DNA of 64,000 nucleotides from Octopus vulgaris (lineage: Eukaryota), in contig OX597814.1 in NCBI GenBank assembly GCA_951406725.2, positions 200,570,001 through 200,634,000 of the forward strand, read 5' to 3'. The notes beneath the pieces were generated by a model. The model had not been told where the DNA came from and searched no databases. It was given only the letters and a program-made list of their open reading frames with translations. Below are positions 1 through 12,726 of the stretch, one piece after another. Position numbers and translations under genes: made by a program. Each line of letters opens with the position of its first letter. Positions within the stretch are counted from its first letter, which is position 1.

Positions 1-2281
1 AGTCCATTGCCCAATAATAGCAACAATAAAATTGCCTTAAGAAAGTAAAAGCTACATTAGTGAAAATTTTACTTCTCAGATGTTACAAGAATAAAAATGA
101 GTTAAAATATATATAAAAAGTTATTCTGCCACTAAGTAGTTTAAGTGAGTGATGGATAAGTTAAATGTAGATGAACAACCTTTTGAGAAATAAAATATCA
201 AAAGAGAATGAGAAAGTTAGAAGACAAATGTTTCCCAAATTTGTCATAATTCTTCTCTTCATTCCAGAGCCTAGGGACCATTTCAAAAGAATTCTAGTGT
301 AGGTAGCGAAGAAAAACATCACATATTGATTCATTCTGCAATAAAACATTAACAGAACAATAGCAGCTTAACTTCTTTGAAATCACAACTAAACAATATG
401 TAAAAAGGATATCTTGGATACTATTGTACATGGGAAGACAGTGTTGGTCGCAGTTGGAATGCCCCCTGTTACAGACCAGCTTCATCACATTAATCTGGAG
501 CCAAAGAACCACAACAAAAGTGTACATGAAAGATGAAATACATTTTCTGTAAAATCTCTTCCTTAATTCTTCACAGTTTAAAAGTAGAATAAGACTTTTT
601 GCATGTGGCGGCATAATGAAAGTGTCTGAAGATCTAAGTGCTATAATTGGTTACAGTTCTGATTAATTCACTTAATAAATGTTGATATTTGAACTAAGGT
701 TATATTTAATTTAACAAAGTGAATTCTTATGTAGTAATTCTTCATAGTAATGTTGTGATAATTTCCTTCATTAATTTTATTTTACTGTCAACAAAAATAT
801 TGGTATTAATCTTTAAGTGCAACGATAAAGCAATCAAGAAACCAAGTATTATTGAAAACTATCAAATTTTACCTAATACTACAAGCAGGAAGAAATTTGA
901 ATAAAGAATTCACCAATCATTTTCAAAGAGAAGTGTAACAACTAACATGGATTATATAAGCATGTAAATTACAAGAGTAAAATGGAATGGTGACTTGAGA
1001 AGTAAGGAGAAGTAAGTCAATTTGTAAGAGAGAGAGAGAGAGAGAACAAAGAAATATAACTGCAAGCAGAAATTGTATGAGATTTTTATGAGAATATTGT
1101 TGGCCGAATAGCTTGTTCATAACATAAGAGGGCTATGAAATTTTAAAGTTTTAACTCATAAGTACTTCATGAAGCCAATGAGCATTTAGTCAAGTGAAAT
1201 GTGCCAGTAGTAAACTGTCACATGCCATGCTACTGCATAACATTCCATTTTTATTGCTGATAAGTAGCTAGTATAAAGTTAGCATAAGTGAAGCAAATTA
1301 TTCTATAGATATGCTACACGGAAAAATTTCTGAAATAAGTATAAAGGCTTTATTTCAGTTTTCTGAAAATGGATCCATTAAGCTTCATTGTGGTTGGTGA
1401 ATATGTTTTGGTGTTTCAATGTGTAAGTATACTGAGAGAATAATACCAGAACTAGACCAGACAGAACTAAAGAAATGTTTTCAATGAAAGTTTGGGTGGT
1501 TAGGATTCATAGTTAGCTCATTGTGTTTGTTCATTCACGATTTGTAGCCTCAATCACTTTTACAGGAGAAAACAAAGCATTTGACCACATTTGCAATAAT
1601 AGCCACCTTGTCTTATTGTTGCTAGGATAATCCAAAAATTAGAACTTAAAACATTTCTCTAATATTTGTACTACACAAAGCAATTAGTGAACAATGACTT
1701 CATTGATTAGAGGTCTCCTATGAACCAAATACTGATTCACTGAATTTCTGAAAGCAACAGTAACAACGGAGCATATGTAATTTGGTGAGAAAAGATCACA
1801 AAGTTTTGTTTGACAAGTACTACATTCTGACTGATGTTTACATCTTTCCCAATGAAAACTGAAAGATAGAACCACCCTACACAAACACACAAGCATGTAT
1901 ATATGCATGTATGTATGGAGTCTCTCCACACCATTTCTAATTACCAAATTTCATGGAGAACACAATGGTCGGCCTGAGTCTCTGCGTCACCTTAGACAAG
2001 TATTTTCTGCCAGTGGGATTGATTGTGGAATTATATGGTTGCAAAACAGATGTCTTAACCACACAATAATGCCTGAACTCTGGACTTCACTGTGATATAA
2101 TAGCTATCTACAAGATAGATTGGAGATAGCAGATTTATTATGGCACCACCAATTTTTGTGTATCTTTTTCTTTTTGTAACAACTGTTAGGTTTTAAAACA
2201 TTAACTTAGGGCTTATCTTAAATTCTCTGATAACAACATTTCAAGTCAAGAACTATGGACATATCACATTTCAAGTGAAGA

Positions 2282-2399
2282 ACTTACGGCCATATCACAT
2301 TGAAAGCACCAGATCTCGTCCGATCACTGACATTAAGCAATGTCGAGCCTAGTTAGTACTTAGATGGGTGACCACTTGGAAAGCCTAGGTGCTATAAGT
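2282..2399 (+). pseudogene. 5S rRNA pseudogene (full-length dispersed copy)
   Basis: ACTTACGGCCATATCACATTGAAAGCACCAGATCTCGTCCGATCACTGACATTAAGCAATGTCGAGCCTAGTTAGTACTTAGATGGGTGACCACTTGGAAAGCCTAGGTGCTATAAGT follows the metazoan 5S layout over 118 nt. The ends pair (ACTTACGGC/GCTATAAGT). It has several substitutions, including in the A and C boxes, and no oligo-T terminator. Confidence 0.9.
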
Positions 2400-2408
2400 G
2401 TCATAATT

Positions 2409-2798
2409 GGTGCAGGAGTGGCTGTGTGATAAGTAGCTTCCTTACCAACCACATGGTTCCAGGTTCAATCCCACTGCATGGCACCTTGGGCAAGTGTCTT
2501 CTACTATAGCCTTGGGCCGACCAAAGCCTTGTGAGTGGATTTGGTAGACGGAAACTGGAAGAAGCCCATCGTATATATGTATACATATATATGTATATCT
2601 ATATATGTGTTTGTGTGTCTGTGTTTGTCTCCCCAACATTGCTTGACAACCGATGCTGGTGTGTTTATGTCCCCGTAACTTAGAGGTTCGGCAAAAGAGA
2701 CTGATAGAATAAGTACTAGGCTTATAAAGAATAAGTCCTGGGGTCGATTTGCTCGACTAAAGGTGGTGCTCCAGCATGGCTGCAGTCAAATGACTGAA
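2409..2798 (+). mobile_element. tRNA-derived SINE, family A (CORE-like middle, internal microsatellite), near full length
   Basis: A-box-like TGGCTGTGTGAT and B-box GGTTCAATCCC, then CACCTTGGGCAAGTGTCTT (CORE-like), a (TA/TG)n stretch and tail ...CCAGCATGGCTGCAGTCAAATGACTGAA. More than 12 homologous copies occur in the window. Confidence 0.9.
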
Positions 2799-4868
2799 TG
2801 GATGCAAGATGAAATCCATGGACGAGATCCTGAGCAATGGTGATAATGCTGATAGAATCTTTCTAGTATCTCCAGTCTTGTGAATGGAAGAATAAACATA
2901 GCAAAGTTAGTAAATAAATGCCAGATTCACATAGGATTTGAACCCAATCAACTCAAGATGGACTGTTCTGTCCCATACAAAGCAGCTCACAATGACTAAC
3001 ACATGACAAGCAACAATAAAAAGCCAGAAAGAAAAGTAGATCTATAACTGATTGTCTTATTGCTGTTGTTGGTTTAATTCCAGGAAGTTACTGATGTTGT
3101 ACAATAGCAGAAGTTTTTCATTAAAAAGTCTGCAAGAATTCCCTTCCAGTTAAATTATTTTATAGTTTTCTTCAGCTCAGATAAATTCCTCACATGCTTT
3201 GCTTCTCAGCAGCTATTTTCTCAGTATTTGTCAACTATTGTATATTAGATGCTGGAACATATCCATTCTTTCTTTCCTTCCAATCTTATTTTCCAGCTGA
3301 TTACATCTAAAAGGCAATTGCACACTTGAACAAACCGATGTCAATGACCAAAACATTCCTCCTAATCATAATGCCTGTAAATCTAATACACAAAAGTACG
3401 TTTTTTCTTTTTCTTTTACTATTTTCATGATGTCCCATTTTTCTTTTATTTCACTTCTACTCATCAACATAATATTCTTGAACTATTCCAAATGTTGCCA
3501 TTTTCTATTAAATATTTTTCTTTATTGTTCTTGTCTATTTTTATCTATCATGTATATTTTGTGAATCCAACTGCATCTTCTGCTTAAAGTTATGGAACAC
3601 AAATAGTAATTATGTTCAATGATGAAAGACAAAATATGAGAAATGATTCTGTTTCTTGGGTCTGTAAGTCCACTGAACTACTTTGCACTAATTTCTCATG
3701 AGCAACAACATTTTCAATCTTTAAACTAGTAGATTTATATAGAGAAAACTTGTTTTAAAATATTTAAGTAATTCAGTCCTTAGCATTCAGACTATCCTTT
3801 TATCTCACTCAGTGCTTCTCAAACATTGTTTTTGCTCTTTTTTTTACTTACATTTTCAATGCTACCCCCTTACAATTCAGCACAAATATACCACATGTAC
3901 ATATACATACACATGTACGTACAAGCCAAGGATGCTTATCAATGCTACAGGTGAAGTGACCATCTCTAATTTGGATAATGTTCTTTAAATAATACATTTG
4001 TTTATTGTTTATAATTTTTATGCATAGGTGATAAATGTTAAGTTAGTTTTCTTTATCTTCTTATTCTCATTTCAAAGTCTATTATTTTCAAACATTTCAG
4101 GATGTGCAGGGGAAAATACCTGCGGGCAAAACAGATTAACCACCCAGGCTGAGTACAAAGACTTACCCAAACACTATAAGACTGTTTACAGATGCAAATA
4201 TTGTGAGGAGTAGTACTTCATTGGAAAACCAAACAGTAACTGCTAGTTTGACTGGCACCACAAGCACCAGTATTGGTGATAAAACAAAAGAAAAAAAGTA
4301 GTAAGGACAATGTTGCCCTCTGTTGGCATTTTATTTCAATATGAGAGACAGAAAACATCTTAATGACACTAAAACAGTATTAGATGGGAAATAATTTTTT
4401 TTGGATCTTTTACTCAGGGAACCTGGGGTGAGGGTGCTGAGGACAATGGCTATCTGGGGTTCAAAGGGTTAAACACAAATAAATACAGTAACTCACAAAG
4501 GGAAAACACAAGTATCATCAAATGGTAGAATATTCAAAATAATGAATGGCTAAATCAACCCAAACAGAATTTGAACTCAGGTTTCTGTGCTACTGAATCA
4601 CTCAGTGTATTTACTCTGGCACTCTATCTTTGCATGTCAGATTGCATTTAGCATGGTTGAAGATGACTTAATATAATAACATTGATTTATTAGTAAGGCA
4701 TTCAGTCAGCTTTTGTTGGGGACAAGTAATAGACTCTTGAACTAACTCTAAGAGCAAAGAAATGAACCACAAAAATCAATCTCTTTTTAGCATAGAAGAA
4801 TGAAGCTAAACATCTTAAAGTATTTAGTGTTCTACCATTTATAAACTCACTGAACCTTGAATACTAAT

Positions 4869-5087
4869 ACTGATTTTACATTCTGGCACAAGGCCAGCAA
4901 TTTGGGGGAAGTGTGTAAGTCAATCACGTTGACCCTAATACTCAACTTGTACTTATTTTATTGACCCCGAAAGGATGAAAGGCAAAGTTGATCTCGGTGG
5001 AATTTTAACTCAGAACATGAAGACAAGGTGAAGTTCTGCTAAACTGTTTGCCTGGCATGCACACAATTCTGACAGATCACTGCCTTA
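4869..5087 (-). mobile_element. SINE family B with target-site duplication
   Basis: Reverse complement of the 23735-24179 units. Flanked by AACCTTGAATACTAAT (4853-4868) and AACTTTGAATACTAAT (5088-5103), a 16-bp TSD with one mismatch. Confidence 0.8.
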
Positions 5088-6384
5088 AACTTTGAATACT
5101 AATGTTAATAACGATCATTATCCTCCAATATAAAGACACTTTCTGTCTCAATTAATGAGGCAATAGAAAATATAAATAAAAAGAAGTAGAACCCATGAAG
5201 TTCTATTTGGTCATTTACTATTCTCTTGAAGTATTTATAATTATTAATTCTCAGTAAGTAACCACTAGCTTATTAAGCAATGTGAAAGATTTAATAAGGA
5301 AAGGGGATGCAAAATTATGATGATGAAGTTAACATGGAATTTATATTCTTTCTCCCTTTGCTTGCTTTTGTCAATATTTTATAAAACTAGTCAAATTTTA
5401 AAGCTAGATACATCAAAATGGAATTCTTAACCTTTCACATGATCTTTATTAACATTGAAAAACCTTTTATCTCACACATTTTTAGTTTTCAAATATTTAT
5501 GTTTTCTCCACTTAGAGACTAAAGTGTGAAAATACCACAATATGCCAGTAAGCATTCTAAAAAAATATTAATCTACCATATATCATATTTTTGTCTGAAT
5601 ATAGTCGTGCTTTGATATTCTTTACTTTATTCAAGTTAGCTGGCTGGTGATATTGACACGGGTTTTTTTTTCTCTTTGTGAGTTATGTTTTTGTATCAAT
5701 CTATCATGAACTGCAGGTTTCAAGTCCATATCAAGATTAGAATATGTTAAAAAGATTCATAGAAAACCAAGCACAGAATCACTGCAAGGTTATTCAACCT
5801 ATAAACTTTTTATAATATCTTTCTACCAACTACACTTTTTATGCTTTTAAAGTAGATTAGGACAGAGTATCTGTGTATTTTCTTTATGCTTAGTTCTGTA
5901 AAAATCTATCGAAGAAAACTTGAAAATATTTTTTTCGGAATTTCACTGCAGAATATTTTGAGGAGAGACATTGATACTTAAAACTGAAGTGATTACTAAC
6001 AGGAATAGTCAAAAGTACAATATAGTTTTATGTCATGAGTAGGCAGAAAAGTCTAATGTTTCAGGCAGGACTATCAGAAAAATGAAATGCTTCCTTACAT
6101 TCCTGAATCTTTCTCATGGTAAAAAGTTTATTCCACTGTTCCAATTTTTTGCTTTACTATTTGCCAACACAGACCATTAGTAGTTTCTTTATATCTCACT
6201 GTTTTATTTACAGCCTATAGCTCCAGATGGACAAACCCTTAGCAATACCAGATAAATGTGCTAAAAGGTTGTGCATTAAAGGTTAAAGGTTATAGACAAT
6301 GTAGGATAGCTTGAAAATTACATTTCATGATCTTAGAGGAAAGCTAATGACAGCATATTAAAACATGAGGAAGACTATGAAAAT

Positions 6385-6760
6385 AGGTATAAGCATGGTT
6401 ATAGAGTAAAAAGCTTCCTTCCTAACCATATGTTTTTGGTTTAGTCCTACTGTGCAACACTCTGGGGCAAATTTGTATGCTACCTCTAGGCCAATGAAAG
6501 CCTTGTGAGCGGATTTGGTATACAGAAAACAAAAGAAGCTCATCATGCACACGTGTGTTTTTGTGTACCCCTGTCTAAACATTATGTGGTGGTTGTTAAT
6601 GAGCATCATTATCAGAGTTTGTTCACTTCCAGTCTTCTAGAAATAGGTCTAGCTCTGAAAAATAGTACTTTGCTGGGAAAGGTACCTGGCCAGAGGAAAT
6701 TTGCCTCAACAAATCCTGTTTGACAAATGCAAGCATGAGAAACGTGGACATTAAACAATG
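6385..6760 (+). mobile_element. Degenerate SINE family A variant
   Basis: AAAGCCTTGTGAGCGGATTTGGTA and a degenerate tRNA head; 3' end GCAAGCATGAGAAACGTGGACATTAA is shared with the 14228, 15000 and 16131 copies. Confidence 0.65.
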
Positions 6761-6799
6761 AAGTTAGAAGAAAATAATGGATTGTCGTTGATACCAGTA

Positions 6800-7170
6800 A
6801 CAATGAGTTTTACACCCTAATAGGAATGTTCTTTACCAAAGCATTTCCTTTGCATAGCCTCCTAACATACTCTTTCAGTTAAGTCTTCCATAAAACACCA
6901 TTTTCTGAGAGGAAATCTCACTCTTAAACTTTGAAACTGTTTACATACCCTCAACAAAAAAAAAATGAGATTATCTTTGCTAGAACAACTAATACCAAAC
7001 GAAGGGTTTACAATATCAGCATCACCAAAACCAAAACTAAGCAAAGCTTTGTTGACAATGGACAACCCATTGACAAAAATATTCCTGTCTGACAAAATGA
7101 AAGAAACTACAGAAGAACTGAACTTCATTTGCAAAGAAATATGGGAAGATAAAGAAGTTGTTTGCTAATC
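6800..7170 (+). mobile_element. Decayed RTE-like reverse transcriptase fragment
   Basis: Frame-shifted translation GFTISITKTK...LTMDN resembles the RTE RT 'GL.IS..KTK' region. Confidence 0.4.
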
Positions 7171-10100
7171 AAAATTTCAGTTATGTGGATTAGTCGGATC
7201 AGCCTGCAACACACTATACCTTCAATCATCCTGATCTTGTGTCAAATGTTGTATGAGAAATGTTTACACATTTGACCTCTGGTCTTCCTCAGTCTCAATA
7301 ACCCATCAAATAACGTAACTCATCATGTACATCCATTTGCCACATTTCTACTCTTTCTAAACATAAACCAGTATCTTGAATACACAATGCATCCACTGTT
7401 TTTTATTCTAAATCAATACTAACGACTAATGTAGATTTTTTTCTTTTCTTTTTGCATATGCTTAGTGGATAAGCAAAATGAAATGAAAGAAAAGAGAAAA
7501 AGAATAAGCACACTATCATGAAAATATGACAGTGATATCTTTATCATGGCATGACAATTTCAATGGTTACGTCAGAAAAAACAATAGACAGGTATTTTAG
7601 TGTGTATAGCATCTATGATTGTGCAAAAAGAAATAAAGAAAAATCAAACATTCCTGTAGTTCAGTGATGCAAATGTCATTATTTACTATATATATATATA
7701 TATATGTTTATATTACAATTTACCACAAACTAATTTTGTGGTTAAAAAGAACAAACTAATTACTTAGTGAATCACCTACCATGTATTATGTTGATTTTGC
7801 ACTTAGGAGAAAATAAGACAGACAGACAGACAAAGAACACAGTCCTCAGTATGGATTGACTAGCAACTTAAGGTTAATGACATAACAGATTCAGAAGCAA
7901 GATGAATTTACAAATATAAAACATCCTTCTGCCTGAGCACACTTCCAAACACTAGGTGATATATAAGGAAATTAATTGAAAACATGGGTATTTCTAAGAG
8001 AACCTGATTGAAAACCTCTGAGCGGTTCTGTAGAACTTGAGGAACTAAAAGAAATTAAAAAACAATATTCAGAGGCTGGGAGAAAATGTCAAGAGAATTA
8101 TAAGCAGGAAGTTTGCTATTTTTCTATATAGTGATGGTATGAAATGCAAAGTGTTTCAAATTACAAGACATATTTACATGAATCAGGATCAGTTTGTCAA
8201 AACTTACATAGGTATGTTTACCCTCCAAAATAGTTGAAATAAAAAGGGATAGAAATGATACTAAAGCAAATTGCTGAATGAGGATAATGAGGAAATTGAT
8301 AAAGCAAGAAACCTGTTAAACCATGGAAACTTCTGTATACACACTTTTTATTAAAGTTGTAGCAGATAGACTAGGTATCTAGCGGATATATTTCTAATTT
8401 TAATTTTTCACAAACTAATGTATTTTTCCTAACCCAAACAATCATCCAAAAGAAAATTCCAAGCCACACAAAACACATACAAGTATTACTGCATTAATCA
8501 TTCATGTTATTATTTCAAGAGAAATCTTCTTAGTAAGAACCATGTTGGAATGAATTATCAGCTAGCTTTTCAAATCTTCATACTAATCTCACTATCATAC
8601 AGGGAAATGGATCCACTTTAGGCACAATGATGAAATGGAATATTTTACTTAAGTAACAAAGCACTACTGTAATTCTTCTCTGTAAAATCTCTTTCACTTA
8701 CTTTACAATAATTTCTTTATACAATTTGTTTAGCATGCCATAAAATGAAACTATACAATAACATTTTCCAGCTCAAAACATTTACCAGCTTTAGACACAT
8801 AATAACTTTATCGTGATTTACAGGTAAGTACACAAGAGCAAATACAAATTTACACATGCATAACATACATAAATGCTTACGATGGCTGCCACTCAATTTT
8901 AAGTTCTTTTAAACAAGAGTAGAACAGATGCGGTTTTTCACTCCTGCTAGGGAGTTACACACCTTTATACAAATGTAACAACTACGAGAAGCTCTTGCAG
9001 CAAATGTTACAATTTTGTTTTGGTGAACCTTCAAATGATGTGTCAGCCTTCAAATGTATTATTATTTCATGCACATAAAGATGCCATATAATGAATATTT
9101 AACAACCTCCCTGTGTGTGTGTGTGTGTGTAGCTTCTCTAACCTACCTTACTAACAGTCATGCCCAATCTTGTCACATTGGGCCATGCAGCATCATAGCC
9201 AAGCAAATTCACATCATGCCCCTTAAGACCAGTTCTTAAATTGTTCATACTCAATGTAAATTCATTCATATTCCTTCCTCCTCCTCCTCCTCCTATCAAG
9301 CACTGCTTTCCTCCATGATGAGCCACCTAGAGCAAGGTTTTCCTACTAATTTTCTAAGATTCTGACATTTCAATGTATTCTTGAATCAGACCTTATACCT
9401 TAATTTGAGTTTGGGCACAGGTCTTTTACCCTGGGCCAACTCGCCATCAGATATTGCTATGTCATTTTATATGATGCTGAAGTATAAGGGACTCTATACT
9501 GGTAGAATGGCTGTGTTTGAGTACTTCAATATTACATTTATTTACCATCAGAGACACTATTGGTGATATAGCTTTAGCCTTTTTGTATGTCTTTAAGTAA
9601 CCCAGGTCTCATAAAACACAAGTATTGCAGAATTTTGTCTCAATTGAAATTCTATGCCGAGACAATAAATAAACCAATTTTCTGATTTGAGGGAAATCTC
9701 ACCATCAAAAGTATTTGTCATGTTTACAATACTGTCTAAACAAATAAAATACACACACACACACACACACATAAACATACACTGTTGTAGAGTTCAGCTG
9801 CCCAGCAGATATGTTTTGTCTAAAGTTGGGGAAAAGAAAAACTGCTAAGGTGAACTAATGACAAATTTACAGCTTTTGAATTCAGGATATAGATTTTTAG
9901 TTGTATTGTCATAGGGATACAGAGCTACGTAATGAAAGATCTGTATACAAGCATAGAAATGTTGGGGTTATGAATGATAATGCAAAGAAAACAGATTAGC
10001 TTCCTCCAAATACAATCAATTAATGATACAGCAAAAATTTATAAAGGATTCTCCATTTGATTTTCTGAAATGAAGATATGCACAGAATTGTATGGGCATG

Positions 10101-10353
10101 TAGCATATTCATGCACATGGATACATAAACAGCAATGAAATGCACACACACTGTATTAAGGTGACATGCACACTCATTGCATGAGTGCAAGCTTAGCCAA
10201 AGATGCACTAATGTGCACACTAAGCCATAAGTCTCAGGAACAGTTTTCACACAATTAAAATAATATACACACTTTTGTTAGTCACTGAATTAAATTTGCA
10301 AAGGAAAATCTTTAATAAATCTTAAAGTAATACATTGACATAACAAGCATTAA

Positions 10354-11604
10354 CCCTTTCGTTACCAAACCGCCCAAAGCCGCCAGAAAAAAATTTTGGT
10401 TAATGTGACTAAGCCGCCCAAAGCCGCCTGTAATTACCTATTCATATTTAAATGAGAATATCAGAGTAAATCTCTTTAGTACATTTGTGAAAACACGTGA
10501 TTATACTTCGTAAACAGTTCATCTACAGTTTTGTACAACAATCGAAGTGTAATTTTAATTCCGTGAATTTTGGGAGATTTTTTTCCGAAATTTGTTCCTA
10601 TTGTGTTTTCAAAATTTGTAATTCTGACAAAAAATGGATACGAATTTCATTATATCAAGCAGCGAGTCAAAATTCGAAGGCTTTTCTACTGAAGACCTTC
10701 ATAAATCTAACTCTATGACTGAAAAAAAAAAGCACGTGGTATTTGTTAATGAATCCGATGTTTCATTTTCCGAAAATGAAAGCACTGAATCCGAGAGCTT
10801 CGACAGCGATAAAGAAAATGAATTGGCACCTGAATGGAGTGAAAATTTAAAAACTGTTTCTTTCAGTGATTTTCCTGAAAAAACTGGACCAAGCCACAGT
10901 CTTTCCCAGGAGAGTAAAGCCTTAGACTATTTCTTTTTACTTTTTCGAATGAGCCTATTTGAAATCATTACGGCGGAAACAAACCGTTACGCTAAATGTA
11001 AACAAAGCGAAAGAAAGGATAGTTTGTTATTTCCCACAACCTTAAATGAAATTAAGGCCTATTTTGCCATAAATATTATTATGGGTATCAGAAAGTTACA
11101 CATAAATATTATGATGGGTATCAGAAAATTACGGCGGAAACGAACCGTTACGCTAAATGTAAACAAAGCAAAAGAAAGGATAGTTTGTGGTTTCCTACAA
11201 CCTTAAATGAAATTAAGGCCTATTTTGCCATAAATATTATTATGGGTATCAGAAAGTTACCCAGAATAACAAATTCTATAGTAAAATTTTGTTGTATACC
11301 CAATTGAATATTAGCTAATAACCCATTTTCTATAGCGATGTTTGAACAAAAATTTTAATTTTATATTTTGTTGAATTTACCTGTATTTACCTGTATCTAC
11401 CTGCAATTAGAGTCACTTTGTGACAAAAATTATAGTATAGAATTGGTTGAGAACATTTCATTAAAATATCTTCCAAAAATCACATTAATATATTGATAAA
11501 TAAAAAAGTTGTTTAATGAAATCAGACTAAATTTATGATTACGTTAGAAATTAATTGAAACACATAAGGGGTGTATTTTGGTCAGAAATATCGTAACGAA
11601 AGGG
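10354..11604 (+). mobile_element. Internally deleted (non-autonomous) piggyBac transposon
   Basis: TTAA (10350-53) + CCCTTTCGTTAC ... GTAACGAAAGGG + TTAA (11605-08): perfect 12-bp TIRs with a TTAA TSD. Subterminal repeat CCGCCCAAAGCCGCC occurs twice. Confidence 0.95.
10634..11206 (+). pseudogene. Truncated piggyBac transposase (N-terminal portion, PGBD4-like)
   Basis: Acidic N-terminus followed by ALDYFFLLF...IITAETNRYA...TTLNEIKAYFAINIIMGIRKL, typical of the start of the piggyBac transposase domain. The catalytic DDD core is deleted and a tandem duplication shifts the frame. Confidence 0.85.
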
Positions 11605-11626
11605 TTAAACATGAATATATATATAG

Positions 11627-12016
11627 AGGTGTAGGAGTGGCTGTGTGGTAAGTAGTTTGCTTACAAACTACATGGCTCCAGGTTCAGTACCACTGCATGG
11701 CACCTTGAGCAAGTGTCTTCTACTATAGCCTCAGGCTGACCAAAGCCTTGTGAGTGGATTTGGTAGACGGAAACTGAAAGAAGCCCATCATATGTATGTA
11801 TGTGTGTGTGTGTGTTTGTGTGTCTGTGTTCGTCTCCCCAACATCGTTTGACAACCAATGCTGGTGTGTTTACATCCCTGTAACTTAGCAGTTCAGCAAA
11901 AGATACCAATAGAATAAGTACTAGGCTTACAAAGAATAAGTCCTGGGGTCGATTTGCTCAACTAAAGGCGGTGCTCCAGCATGGCCACAGTCACATGACT
12001 GAAACAAGTAAAAGAG
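11627..12016 (+). mobile_element. SINE family A, full length, young
   Basis: Colinear and highly similar to 2409-2798; ends GACTGAAACAAGTAAAAGAG. Confidence 0.9.
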
Positions 12017-12029
12017 TTAAGAGTATATA

Positions 12030-12081
<52 letters not shown>

Positions 12082-12137
12082 TTCAAATAAAGGGATAATA
12101 AAATCCTATCAATATACTGGGTTATTACCTATTATTA

Positions 12138-12230
12138 CCGCACGAGGCGGAGCGATAACAGGTCTGTGATGCCCTTAGATGTCCAGGGCCGCACGCGCGC
12201 TACACTGGGGGTATCAGCGGGCGCGTCTCC
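12138..12230 (+). pseudogene. 18S rRNA fragment (dispersed insertion)
   Basis: GCGATAACAGGTCTGTGATGCCCTTAGATGTCCAGGGCCGCACGCGCGCTACACTG is the highly conserved eukaryotic SSU rRNA segment of the 3' major domain. It forms a GC/CpG-rich island in AT-rich flanks. Confidence 0.93.
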
Positions 12231-12420
12231 CCTATTACAAGAAGTATTGAATATTACAATTAATATTGAACTGTGAGGTAACTGAATAAACCAGGGTTTA
12301 TATATACTTTTAAGAAAATAAGAAAACAGAGATAATTAAATTAATAATTATAATCAGTTAACAGTTTGGAGCTGTACACTCAACATAATGCAAAATGAAA
12401 ATCCAATGGTATATCTTTAG

Positions 12421-12508
12421 CCACCTCCGATGAGATTCAGTTTTAAAATGTTTTTAATTATACTAGTTAATTTCTAAAAGTTTTCAATCGAAATAGCTGT
12501 CAGAGATG
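12421..12508 (+). ncRNA. Hammerhead-ribozyme-like motif (type I, degenerate)
   Basis: CCGATGA (12427-33), GATT..long loop..AATC stem II, GAAA (12490-93), near-palindromic TAGCTG stem III, GTC cleavage triplet ending at 12501. Stem I is weak. Confidence 0.5.
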
Positions 12509-12560
12509 ATGTCCTATTTTATAATTAATAAATAATTATTAATTTAATTATCTATTTTCT

Positions 12561-12598
<38 letters not shown>

Positions 12599-12642
12599 TA
12601 TAGAGAGAGTATTGTTGGTGAGCATTGGCTAGTCTTGTACTC

Positions 12643-12726
12643 ATCATCTTCATCATCGTTTAACGTCCGTTTTCCACGCTAGCATGGGTTGGACGGTTCA
12701 ACTGGGGTCTGGGAAGCCAGAAGGCT
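12643..12726 (-). mobile_element. 5'-truncated RTE-type 3' tail
   Basis: CATCATCGTTTAACGTCCGTTTTCCACGCTAGCATGGGTTGGACGG is the reverse complement of the (GAT)n-tailed end of the RTE at 52920-53731. Confidence 0.8.

Larger units (their letters stand above)
12078..12562. mobile_element. Penelope-like element terminal-repeat fragment(s) embedded in (TA)n
   Basis: Flanked by (TA)n on both sides. Internal inverted repeat AGATAATTAAATTAATAATTAT (~12330-12351) vs ATAATTATTAATTTAATTATCT (~12533-12554). Contains a hammerhead-like motif at 12421-12508. Confidence 0.55.
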
